Below, in pieces: positions 44,679 to 55,935 of a DNA stretch of 64,000 nucleotides. The notes below the pieces were generated by a model. It was not told the origin of the DNA and searched no databases. It was given only the letters and a program-made list of their open reading frames with translations. This stretch comes from Macrostomum lignano (Eukaryota), in the NCBI GenBank assembly GCA_002269645.1, contig NIVC01003205.1, forward strand, positions 1-64,000. The letters run 5' to 3'. The position numbers were made by a program, and so were the translations under genes. Positions within the stretch are counted from its first letter, which is position 1. Every line of letters begins with the position of its first letter.

Positions 44679-45983
44679 ATGGCATCGTTGTGCTCAGTGG
44701 TTTGCAATATTTTACTCGCAGTACTCTGTGCCAGTGCACTTACAGGAGCCATAAGGGAAGAAAATGCGACCCAGCTAGAGGTCATCATGCACCAATATGA
44801 TCGCCTCTTTCGGCCATCGCCTTCGCTGGATCAGAACAATGGAACCAATGACAAAGCCGACGAAATGCTACAAACTGCTACTCAAGTTGAAATCGGCGTC
44901 AATGTGCTTAGCCTTGGCCCAGTTGATCAGGTACGAATGGAGTTCAGGGTTGAGATGCAACTGCTAATGCGCTGGATTGACCCACGTTTGCGCCGAAACA
45001 GCGCCTCAAAGTCAGTAAGCAGCCAATTTGTTGAGGAAGCGCTGGTCCTTAGCCGCAGGGCGGATTCAGTATGGCTTCCGGGTGTGTACTTTCCCGGTGC
45101 TACAGTCGTGCGCCGGCCTGACCGGCCATCCAGAAACATTCTGCTTTGGTTGTGGCCGAATGGAATGCTTCAGTACAGCCAGAAGTTGGATGTAGTTTTC
45201 CGCTGCCGCATGGATGTAAAATGTTTTCCATTCGACACTCAGACTTGCTTAGTTGACATTGGAGTTTTTGACTTGAGCAGCAATGATCAGCAACTCAGTT
45301 GGTTTAAAAATGGAGTCACTTTTGAAAACCCGAATGCTGAGTTCAACAGTGAGTTTCATTCGCCTGTTATCGAAACAGCCAGCGCGGAATCGTTTTCAGC
45401 CGAGACCGGACTCAACTTCAGTCATCTCACTGCGTCATTTTCCCTGCGCCGACGCCACACTCGTTACATCCTGACTAACTACTTGCCATCTACATTTATT
45501 GTGCTCACTACTTGGTCATCGTTCGCCATCGATCATAAGTCACCTCCAGCCAGAGTGTCCTTGTCATCTCTATGTCTAGTGGCCCAGCTTACACAAAGTC
45601 TCAGTTTGGAGTCCAAACTGCCCCAGGTGTCATACGTTACCAGTCTCGGCATATGGCACACCGGCTGCATAGCATTTGTGTACCTATCCTTGCTGGAGTA
45701 CATGGTCATTAACTTGCTAAGGATCCGGAAGCTGCGGCGACGTAAGCGCCAACAAGCGCTGGCCGCAAAGCGCCGGCGCGGGGGCACACTGGGCCCGGCT
45801 GGTGCAAGTGAGGCGGCCGCTGCCATTGTGGCTGGTGCCGTAGTTCACCTTAGCAGCGGCCGCAAAGTCTGTTGGTATCTCACGCCCTCGCGGCTGGACT
45901 TATTCTGTCTGTTTGCTTATCCTATTGCCTTCTTTTTGTTCAATGTACTTTACTGGACACTTGCAGTGGACTGGCAGGACTGA
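44679..45983 (+). CDS. Cys-loop ligand-gated anion channel subunit (GlyR/GluCl/GABA-A-like), intronless, 434 aa
   Basis: Signal peptide; WIDPRL; VWLPGVYF; Cys-loop CRMDVKCFPFDTQTC; M1 YLPSTFIVLTTWSSF; PARVSL anion-selectivity motif; LPQVSYVT; M4 RLDLFCLFAYPIAF. Confidence 0.95.
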   Translation: MASLCSVVCNILLAVLCASALTGAIREENATQLEVIMHQYDRLFRPSPSLDQNNGTNDKADEMLQTATQVEIGVNVLSLGPVDQVRMEFRVEMQLLMRWIDPRLRRNSASKSVSSQFVEEALVLSRRADSVWLPGVYFPGATVVRRPDRPSRNILLWLWPNGMLQYSQKLDVVFRCRMDVKCFPFDTQTCLVDIGVFDLSSNDQQLSWFKNGVTFENPNAEFNSEFHSPVIETASAESFSAETGLNFSHLTASFSLRRRHTRYILTNYLPSTFIVLTTWSSFAIDHKSPPARVSLSSLCLVAQLTQSLSLESKLPQVSYVTSLGIWHTGCIAFVYLSLLEYMVINLLRIRKLRRRKRQQALAAKRRRGGTLGPAGASEAAAAIVAGAVVHLSSGRKVCWYLTPSRLDLFCLFAYPIAFFLFNVLYWTLAVDWQD

Positions 45984-46589
45984 GCGATGAGTTCAGCTGA
46001 AAATCCTCATTCAGATGTTTTCATGAACTGATAATAACAGTTTCATAGAGCCCTAGTTTGCGCTTTTTGTTGCAGATTTAAACAAAAGTGCTAGAACATT
46101 TTTCTCTAAATAAAATGAATACAAAGCTACCCATTATGTATTTTTTAAATCAAATAGTTAATTTAGATTGTCTTGATCCTCTTTCGGATAAAGTCACCAT
46201 TAAGCACAAGAAGTGGTTCAGCATTCTGCCTTTTTTACTCTTTACATTATAAAATTAATTTTGCACTTTTTCCGCTATTTCTCGTAGTACAAGTGCGGCT
46301 GATTATACAGTTTTATGTCTTTAATTGCACCAATATTTGTCAACTACTGTCATAAAATCTTTGAGACTTCTTCTTCGATAAAATTCAGCAATACATAACA
46401 AAATCTTCGTTCCATCATTCAACTTACGAGTTTCTATCAAAGTGATTCGAGAATCAAATTTAAATTTGGGCTGAATTTCGCTCAAAAAGGTGCTGAAAGC
46501 GCTGCAGCTTGTTGTTCCACTGTATACAGTCAACTGTTTCAACTGATAGGTTGTGCGCATTCAAGCAACGCTCTATCACCATGAAAAAT

Positions 46590-46590
<1 letters not shown>

Positions 46591-46641
<51 letters not shown>
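46591..46641. repeat. (CAA)17 microsatellite, probable 3' tail of the adjacent LINE
   Basis: Pure CAA run immediately 3' (minus strand) of the LINE RT end. Confidence 0.9.
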
Positions 46642-46649
46642 AATACGTT

Positions 46650-47690
46650 GTCTGTCAGTCAGCAGACAACGTCACAATGCGTGTTTCAAGGCCTGGGCGC
46701 GAACGTAGACCGTACCGCCGGCTGTGTCCGGGGCGCCGGCATCAGTCAGCAGACAGTCGACGAAACGCCGAGTGCGCGCCTGCCCCCTCCGGTAGGGTGC
46801 CTGCAGCGTCAGTAGCAGCACCTCGTGCACCGGCTGTGGGGAGAACGACTCGGCTTGGATAATATGGCTTACTAGCTGAAGTCGCCGACAGCGAAACAGT
46901 TCGCTGGGACGATACAGGCCGGTGCGGCGATAGAGTGCCGCATTGGTGAGCTTTGGCAATCTTGTAGACGGCGCGTGGCAGGCCAGCGTGCGCTGCATCG
47001 ACCAGCTGTTCGAGCGATTCCGTCAGCGTCCAGGTCTCGGCATTGTACAACAGGACGGTCTCGATCACCGCCTGGAACAACGCCGCCCTCTGACGTTCAG
47101 GCAGGGCTTCGGACTGCAGGACAGCCCTCACAGAGGCAAGTCCATCACCTGTCCGTCAGCGCCTCGGCAGGCAGAAAATAGCGGCCTTGATGTCGTCCGG
47201 TACGCTGAGTACGACGGTCTTCTGCGTGTTGACCACCAGGCCGACACTAGCTGGCGCTGGGCGCCCTCGACGATCGAGGACAGCAGGGCGAGGCTGTCAG
47301 CGTAGCCAAGCAAGCTGAGCCGCCTCTCCGGTTAGCGTCGACCCACGCATCGCTGCAACAGGAAGTCATCCTTGTTAGAAGGGATCGAGTAGTCCGCAGC
47401 ACCCAGTCAAGCACCAGGACGAAAAGGAACAGCGCGAGCGTATTTCCCTAAAGGACCCCAGAGGATGTCTCAAAGAAATCCGACATGCCGTCCGGTGTTA
47501 GCACAGCAACTTTCATGCCATGATACAGCGCCATGACAGCGGATATACTCACGAAGCACCATTGGGAGTACGGCCCTCACGACCAAGTCGAAAGCCTTCC
47601 TGAATTCAATAAAGAGAGCAATCAGGCTCAACTGGCGGTCCGCGCTTCCTCGATGACAGCAGCAATAAAGTCAGCAAAGTCAGCCTACTA
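46650..47690 (-). mobile_element. Decayed 5'-truncated non-LTR retrotransposon (RT domain, RTE-like)
   Basis: SGVL*GNTLALFLF (QG motif), LGYADSLALLS (YADD), ALFQAVIETVLLYNAETWTLT, then a (TTG)n tail; stops and frameshifts. Confidence 0.85.
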
Positions 47691-47702
47691 AATACAAACC
47701 GG

Positions 47703-48367
47703 CTACAACCACCTGTCCTCACCATAGTTGGTCACCAGGGGAGCGCAAGCCTCCTCGAAGTTAAGGTATGCCTGTAGAAGTTCAGAATTTTCCACGGAAA
47801 GGTCAATAAAAGTGACGTCTTTTGTGTAACAATTTCCACTTAAGGGGCTGGGAGAAGTACTGGGTGTAAATAGGTGTCCTTTGCTAAAAGTCCACTTCTT
47901 AATACATTGGCGTCGTTGAAAAGAAAAAGAAAAACAGCACACAGTTGTCTGGTTTCCTATCCTCTTCAGAGTTTAACCAAGGGAGCATGGGATTCCTTTC
48001 TGATGATCCCTCTCCCGAATCGGCTGTACATTGCATTTTTTTCGAAAACGCAGATTTGCACAAATTCAGTCACGGGTTTTTTCCTTTCCTTCTGTACTTC
48101 TGGTTTTAGTTCGGCAGAAAGAATCGGAAATTCGTCCCGCTGTGCATGAAGATGCACGAAGTGTTCCCATCCTGCTGCGTAGTAGCGCAACATCCAGTTC
48201 ATATGTACTGGTGGCTCGTAAAAAGGGCAACAGCGATACGATCGTAGAAAGGGTAGCGAAGAGTTGAAGCCTTTAAATTGAACGGCTGGAAGATCATTTG
48301 AATCCTGATTCAGCCATCTACATTTATACAGAACAAACCGGGTGGTAATACCGACGGCCGTTTCCAT
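47703..48367 (-). CDS. Possible orphan coding exons (48367-~47970 and ~47895-47703)
   Basis: Two consecutive open minus frames with protein-like composition (PFYEPPVHMNWMLRYYAAGWEHF...; KDVTFIDLSVENSELLQAYLNFEEAC); splice join unresolved; family not recognised. Confidence 0.3.
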
Positions 48368-49004
48368 GCAACACCTGCAGCAGAGATCAGCAAACCAGTC
48401 TAGCAGTAATCACTATACGCTGTCGATGGTGCGGAGCCTTGCGGATAGCTCGGCCGGTGAGCCAGGTGCCCTCCGGTTGACTATCAGCTGCCCACCCGGT
48501 ACTGTCCTGACTCAGAGTGGCAAACGCTTGCGAATTGCGCCAGTGCCTCAACTACAGCAGCCCCAGCAGCATAAGGAAAGGGCGTCCGCACTGCAGTTGC
48601 TAGAACAGAAGCCAGCGCAACGGGACTCCCACCAACAGAATATTTCAAAGCAGCATCGACCAATTTTGAAATCCAGTCCTGGCCACACATATTTGCCTCA
48701 GCTCCAACAGCATGACCAACAAGAGGACCAGCGGGAATTCCTTCCTTTGGTGCGCAAGAAGCAGCACCAAACCCAAGATGCTCAGCAAGCTATTGGCAGT
48801 GGCGGGACTCGCAGTGTTCGCTTCAATATCGCAGGAAATTCTGTTTACGAATATCAGCAGCAACCAGACGCAGCGGTCGAGTCGCACGAGTCAACTCGTA
48901 ACTCAGAAAACCGTCTCTGGTTTGACCACATGTGCCGGCGTATGAGTACTCAACTCTGGCAACAAGAAGACCACCCATGCACCTCTGAGCAGCGTCAGGC
49001 GTGA
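48342..49004 (+). CDS. Q-rich, likely disordered ORF/exon (~213-220 aa) with an RVxF-like motif
   Basis: Long open frame, ATG at 48366, acceptor tatacag at 48331; RSVRF resembles a PP1-docking motif. Confidence 0.45.
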   Translation: MVIPTAVSMQHLQQRSANQSSSNHYTLSMVRSLADSSAGEPGALRLTISCPPGTVLTQSGKRLRIAPVPQLQQPQQHKERASALQLLEQKPAQRDSHQQNISKQHRPILKSSPGHTYLPQLQQHDQQEDQREFLPLVRKKQHQTQDAQQAIGSGGTRSVRFNIAGNSVYEYQQQPDAAVESHESTRNSENRLWFDHMCRRMSTQLWQQEDHPCTSEQRQA

Positions 49005-50009
49005 GTTCGACTTTTTGCTGCCTACAGCAGGCGATGCCCAGCGCATTTACCATTGTAGTGCAACTCTGCCTGCTCGCTGCCAGCGTTTAAAATACGTATT
49101 TTTCAATGGGACACCATTGATCTTTTATTGCACCAATAGCCACTCAATCGGATGGTTCAAATGAAAGATCAGTGAGTAAAATTCAGATTTTCATCAGATC
49201 TACGGTCCGATGGATCTATCAGATTATTGAATGTTTTCACAGAAATATGACACAAAAACACATTGTATCCATTCACAGCTCATTCAAATTCATAGCTTTT
49301 AATTGTATCAATTTTAATTTATGATTCAAATGATTCAATAATATTCGGAACTCTTTTCTTTATTTTTAAAGCATAAATGCAAGAAGTTACAAAAGATGCT
49401 GCCAAATTTACACTGCAAACGAGTATCCCATGCTATTTCCAATACGAGCGTATTATAATGCTGCGTACATACAAAGAAGGGTGAGTCGGTCTTAGAAATT
49501 TCACCCCAATTTTTACCGGCTAATCAAGATGAAAATCAAATCATAGCTTTTGAAAGCCTCACGCTAAAAGCGAGCGCTACCTTTTAATCCCGCCAAAAAC
49601 TTTAGAGCATCATGACCAGAATGCCTTGAAAAATTTCAGATGATGGGGTTCTGTCTTCAAGGGACGCTGTCATTTGAGGCGCTGCCCCATTGGGAGGATG
49701 TACTTGGGATCGCTGTCAAGGACCTTATGCGCGCACCGTTCTTTTGGGCGTACAATACTCGCGCATGCACTTTTAAGTGCACGCGCTCTCCCCCCCGGGT
49801 GGCGTGACCTGTTTTTCACTCGCTAATAAATACCATCGGTTGGGCCATCTAACAGGGTTTATCCTTCATTTCTGAACACTTCGACCTCTCGCCTTAGTCA
49901 TTACTGGCACTGTGACACGTTGCACCATCTAATAGGCACAGTATGGTTGCGATTTCAGGGGCCGGTTTTAACCGGCTTTGTAATCGTGTTTAGCCGACGG
50001 GGCCGCCCC

Positions 50010-50352
50010 TCCGCCCGTCTGTGCGTGCGGCCCGCGCGTGTGCATCCCTGCCGCAAGGTGGGGTGCTGGGTGGGTGCCGGCCGGCAGGCGGGGTGTTGGG
50101 TTGGGGGTGGGCGGCGTCGGCCCCCTTTTATTTGTGCGCTCACGCTCTCTCGTGCGCGCTGCGAGAGCGCTTTGGCTCGTAAAATTTTTTTTATTATTTT
50201 TCTTGAAATGCTTTTATTCCTTTGCTACGTGACTTCCCTTTTAATCGCCTCAAATCCTAAAATATATTCGCTATCGCAGGACTCGTTTCGTCCGCTGCCT
50301 TTGTCGCCACGCCTGTGCCTTCCCTCTTGCTGCTTTTGGCCCTGTTGGCTAA
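50010..50352 (+). mobile_element. Solo A-spacer-B remnant of a diverged Ngaro-like element
   Basis: 50053-50101 aligns with the sense strand of repeat A (gcaagg..ggg..ctg..tgggtgc.ggc.g.c.gg.ggggtg.tgggt), followed by a T-run, an AT-rich spacer and a B-like cgctgcctt..tcgccac...ctaa; no ORFs. Confidence 0.5.
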
Positions 50353-51312
50353 AATACGAGGTATTGAATTCAGACGGCCAATATACAGGCTGGGACTGCA
50401 AGCTTATAATTTAGGACAACTTACTACCATATTATCACAAATTGCAACGAGTTCTTTTTCATTTCTTGAAATCTACTCTTGTTATGGATAAAAGAAATTC
50501 TATTAAAGCCACAGACTTTGTCCAAGTCTCACGGGAAAACGAATTTTATAAGTGAAAGGACCAGGAAAGGACCAGGAAAGGACCAGGAAAGGACCATAGT
50601 GAATTTAATAGGCGGTTCATTACACAGTCGGAACGAGATTTCCAACAAAATCCAAAATGCCCAAGCATTTTTCACTAGCTACTTCCGGGCTGTGTACTCA
50701 TTTCGATGCCACCGTACAGCATCTTTAGCAAAACTGATAACTTTCTTGCATTGAGTCAAGTTTTTGAAGGCTTACAGCTTTGAAACGCAGTGGAATGCAG
50801 ATTCAAGATTGTGGCATTCGATACAGCCTCAGTGACCGAGCAGTAGAGGAGCGCAAGGAGCGGAAAACTCCATTTGATCCCATGAGTTGTCAGAATCGAA
50901 TGAGTTTTAGCAATCGAAAAAGCGCATTATTAAATAAATAAATAAAAACTGGTGGCATTTTATTGGCATCAAATTTGACGCTACAAATAAAGAGGCACAC
51001 AGGGTTCCTTCAACAACTCAAAACAGAAAAAATATGCAGAGGCATGAAAGTGATAGTCTCTCAAGCAAAAACATTTCATCGCGCTTGCAAAATTTCAGCT
51101 GTTAGGAATGCCATTTTAGAAATTAAGTTACAAGAAGTTTGATAAAATTATTAAAGTATTTTTCACTCTACAAAAATATACAAGTAGCAAGCTTATAAAG
51201 TAAAAATTTCTCTCGTGGCAAAGTGAAATAGTGTCAGCATGCTTTAATAAGCAAGTCTATTGGGAGCTAGAAAAGTCAATGTGATAAGAAAAGGGCAAGT
51301 CAGTCGATCAGC

Positions 51313-54300
51313 TCAGCCACTCCGATCGACCAGAGGTCTACTCAGAGCTTGCCCTGAGCCGACGCTACGCTTCAACTTTCCTCTGTATGGAGCCGCTGCC
51401 CGCGTTGCTTCAGTGCGCGACTGCGACACTTGCGAAGACTCGCGTCGCGCTGGCGTCTTTGCTGGCTCGTACGAAAGAAGGACGCTGGGAGAGCTGCTAA
51501 TCAGGTCTGTCCTCTCAGTCTGACGCTGGCCGTCAGGTGTTTTTTGCTGCTCTGTTAACTCCGGCTTGGCTTGCTGAGCCTGCAGCGGCTGCCTGCGCTG
51601 GCTCCCGGCCCTATTTTGCTGCACAGAATTTTCCCGCTGGGCCTGAGCGCTACTGAGCCCTCCCTGTTGCTTCTGCTTGGTAGAAGCAGCCGTCGGTAGC
51701 ACATTTGGACTTGCGGCTTGCCGGCGAAGCGTTGGAGACGCATGCAATGCTTGCTGCCGTTTGGAGCTGGCAGCGATGAGAGGCGCCTAAAAGTGCATTT
51801 GGGATACCATGCGTTTTTGTTTTAACTCAGTTTCACAAATAATATAAGCAGGATAAGATAAGCATGTAGCTGATCCTGCTCGCCGCCTTCGGCAGCAACT
51901 ACCTGTGGTGAGCCTCCTCCATGCAGCGGCAACTTTGACGGCGACGACCTTGACTGTGACCGCGGCGCAGTGGCTCCACAGTGAAGAACTTGGAAGCTTC
52001 CCAGGCTTTTGAGCGGAAGCAGCTGAAGACCCTTCTTAGACTTGTCGAAGCAATCGAGAGCAATGTCTGGAAGAAAATTCCGCCAAATGTGCAGCCAAAT
52101 AAAAATTATAACTGGAGAAAAACAGGACAGCATGGGGTAGGCAGGGTTAGTTTTATTTTCTCAAGTTAAAGTCCGATGTCTATCAGATGCGCCCTGAGCC
52201 ATCCAATGCAAGCAAGATTAACTAGCGCGCCATTAGCTTACGAATCGTTCGGTCGATCAGAGGTGGCAGCAGATCCTTCAGCAGCTGGCAGTTTACGTGC
52301 ATGGCCGGGTTCGTGTTGACTTCAATGAGGAAAAGCTAAAAGAATAAAATCCGATGGGATTCTAATTTTCACTTCCGTTATTGGTTTAGTGTCGATTATG
52401 TAACTTTTTAGCTTATTCGATTCCTATCAATCAATCTATCAAGCTATCAATCTTCCACTATCGATATTTTTGGATGCGGCTTATTCAGCCTGCAGTTTTG
52501 TTTCATTTTTTGAAATTTAATAAACAGTCATAGCAATCCACAACGCAATACAAGGCTAATCCAGCTGGAATGCCTTAGGAAATGTTCAACTTGTCAGCAA
52601 ACAGAATAAAAAGCAAGAAACTAACCAAACTCAGGAAAATATACAAACCTTGTAGTTGTCATCGATCATAAAGTCGATGCCATAAAGCTCAAAGTAGCCT
52701 AGCCGAGCGGTAAGCTTGTGCTTCACGGCACTGAACATGTGCAGTAGGATTGATTTCATGTGCTTTTCCATTCCATTGAAGACCCAGTCCTTCTCTGGAG
52801 GTGGTGGTGCTCTCTTACCGTCCTCTGCTTCTTTGTTTTCGCTTTCTAGCAGCGAGTTCAGGTAGTCATTCAACTGCGCCATGCTCCACACTGTGTCGTT
52901 CTTTACTTCTTCGTATTTTTCGTCCTTCTTTTGAATGTACTGATTTGTGAGATGGGTGCACAAGTTTGAATCATCAGTATCATACTTGTGGATGCTTAGC
53001 CTCAGGTAGCCATGATGAAATAGTACCAGGTAAGGTGCGGTGCTGCCAATGAGCATGTACGCACGAACATCGAATTTGCGACCGTGAATGAGCAACGGGT
53101 TCATAATGTACCTGCAAAGTAATGCAAATTATAATGTTGCATAATGCTACAACAAGCGCCATCTTACATGTAGCTTTTCTATTTCGCTATTAGTAGGTTT
53201 ACTATAGTATAGAGGACCAATTAGGCCAAAAAGTGAAGCCGGTTTATAGAATCCAGCCACCCTGAATGAAGGAACACCATGCTTTAAATACCTATCTAGC
53301 AGGAATTGGGCAAAAAACTAAATCTTGGCTACCAGACTAGTGGCTAAGTGGCTGGAATTTGCCTCCATGCACAAAGCCCAAGGGATCCTATCCCTGGTCT
53401 GGTCCTGATCCTGACGTCACTAGACTTGTACAGCCTAAACCCTCATGTTTCAGAGGGGGGATTTCACGGGTAGGTCGTCTGGTCATTTGGGTGTAAAAGC
53501 TTGTCATTCAGCTAGCCCAAAGAGACTTTTTAGTTAAACTTTATTCGAGTCACCTACTAAGTAAATAAAATATAAATAGTGACATGTAATGGTACATGTC
53601 AATACCAGGTCGATATGGGGATTACATACGGTATTAGGTCTGCTGTGATCCTATGAGCATACATCATGCTATTCCTGTGTCGCCAAGATAGCAAGTTGCA
53701 GGTCTAGCTTTCTCACCTTTGCACAATTCTTCCCATGCTCTTGCCAGCCTTGGCTTGATTCCCTGCTGACGGCTTCTGCTCGTCCTTCTGCTGCAACTCC
53801 TCGCGGAACTTTGCTAGATCGCGTATCAGAAAGATGCCTTTGCCCTGGTTGAGTCCAGTGGGTTTGTTGATCCAGATTTCGCCCGGCTTGAAGGCCTCAA
53901 AAAAGGCCTCCCGCTCGCGAGGATAGTCCAGCACGTAGGTCTCGGGAAAAAAATCTGTCATCTGCATAGACAGCTGGCGACTGCTCATGCTGACACTGAC
54001 CCTTTCGAACTCTCTGAGAGACGTGAGAAGACCGAGTTTATTGCAGATGAGCTCGCAATTAGGAATGTGATTCACCAGCTGCCGGCCTTCGCGGAAGTTT
54101 CCGTAGTTAACCATGCCTTTCGTTTCAGTCCAGCTGAGTTTCCAGTCGTCCGACGTCTTATCCGTGGTCTTTGTCCAACCCAGGCGACTCATTGCAGCCT
54201 CCACCCTGCGAGCGGGAGAAATAGTTGGACACTTGAAGGCTGGTGCTGACAGAAAAGTTTAAAGTCTAAATAAAGAAAGAATAAATGACAAGAAAGTTAG

Positions 54301-55935
54301 AATGACACTGTAGAAACAAGGCAGAGTCATTGTGATTCCACCTCAAATCACAATGACTGCATGTTTAGGAGCGCCGCTTTTCAGAAATTTTAGTCCTTTA
54401 AACTTCTTGATGCAGCGGAGGAAACTAGTCTTATGGTCGTGGACAGGAGCTAACCTGAAAATATAATTTCTACTCAGTATAGCAAAGCTGGCAAGCATCA
54501 AGAATCTCACAGAGCTTGTCCGTTGTGTCCCTGTGCGAGATAGACGCTCTGCTTTGGATCACTCTTCTTGCTAGCTTTGGCGTCGCCGTCTGCCCGCTTC
54601 TTGGGGCCAACTGGGGCCGTGGCGCTAGCATTTTTCTCTTCTTCCGTCTCACGGGCTTGCTGCTTTGTAGCACTTGGAACAGCAGACATGAAACCGGTTT
54701 GACACTGCTGATGAGGCTGTGGCTGCTTCTCTTGCTGGTAGACGCGATGGAGTAGCTGCTGTCGTTTCTCCGAAGTTCGAAAACAGTCAGATGATGGCTG
54801 CCAGATCCACTGACTATTAAAGACTGGAAGGATTGGAATAAAGAATGGCTGTTTACTCTTTATCGCTCAAAATGCAGCTTCGCTCATTATCTCACTCTTT
54901 AAGTAACTTCTAAAATGCGATTGTTCTATGCTTGAACTACAGCGCCTTAACATAGCGACGGGGTGCCTCAGGTGTACTGAATCTGTGCAGAGTGTACTGA
55001 GTATGGGATGGGGTACAGGGTCTGTGTACGGGGCACACATTGAGAGTCATTTGCATAGCCTTTCCTTTCCATTTAATTTGTGCGCTTGGTTGCTATGGCA
55101 GGGGGCAGGGTAGGCTGCTGAACTAACAATGACCTACAGCTCATGTGTTTGCGGGATAGGCAGCCAGTACTCATTGGCGTACATTGAGGCATCGGAAAGC
55201 TTACTGAACATACCCACCCTCTCTCAAATAGCTTTGCCTTACCTTTTAGGATAGCAACTCTCTTCAATCCTGATATGTTGCTAATTCTGCTACCTATCTT
55301 TATCCTCCTCCCACTTGTGGGATACAGCTTTTGCATGAATGAGGGAGTTCATAAGTTAGTTCATAAAACTTTATGAGTCTTTGAGTGAGTGAGTGAGTGA
55401 GTGATGGAGTGAGTGAGTGAGTGAGTGAGTGAGTGAGTGAGTGAGTGAGTGAGTGAGTGAGTGATTGAGTGTGTGAGTGATTGAGTGCATGAGTGAGTGA
55501 GTGAGTGAGTGAGTGAGTGAGTGAGTGAGTGAGTGAGTGAGTGAGTGAGTGAGTGAGTGAGTGAGTGAGTGAGTGAGTGAGTGAGTGAGTGAGTGAGTGA
55601 GTGAGTGAGTGAGTGAGTGAGTGAGTGAGTGAGTGAGTGAGTGAGTGAGTGAGTGAGTGAGTGAGTGAGTGAGTGAGTGAGTGAGTGAGTGAGTGAGTGA
55701 GTGAGTGAGTGAGTGAGTGAGTGAGTGAGTGAGTGAGTGAGTGAGTGAGTGAGTTACCTTTTGTGACTTCTTCCAAGTAATCAAAATACTGAGGTTCTGA
55801 CGGCACAGGAAAGTGGAAGGGCTGCAAACGGGAACTCGGCCTCCTATTTGCAGTAGCCAATATCCTGTACAACTTAACTGAGCTGGCACTGCTGTTTGGG
55901 CGCTGAACAAACTGGTGAACCTGCGAGTTGCGCAT
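51313..55935 (-). CDS. TTLL10: Tubulin polyglycylase TTLL10, 7 exons, ~724 aa
   Basis: Exons 55935-55758, 54823-54511, 54205-53717, 53111-52649, 52335-52242, 52066-51903, 51786-51313; all phases match. [72 protein letters not shown]. The first and last exons are less certain. Confidence 0.92.
55383..55754. repeat. (GAGT)n microsatellite, ~90 units
   Basis: Near-pure tetranucleotide run starting at the 5' splice site of a TTLL10 intron. Confidence 0.98.

Noticed and set aside
49920-50414. 164-aa ORF or CpG-island gene start
   Set aside because: No protein-like features; better explained as a Ngaro-like repeat remnant.
55300-55757. (HSLT)n protein
   Set aside because: Microsatellite read-through beyond a splice donor.
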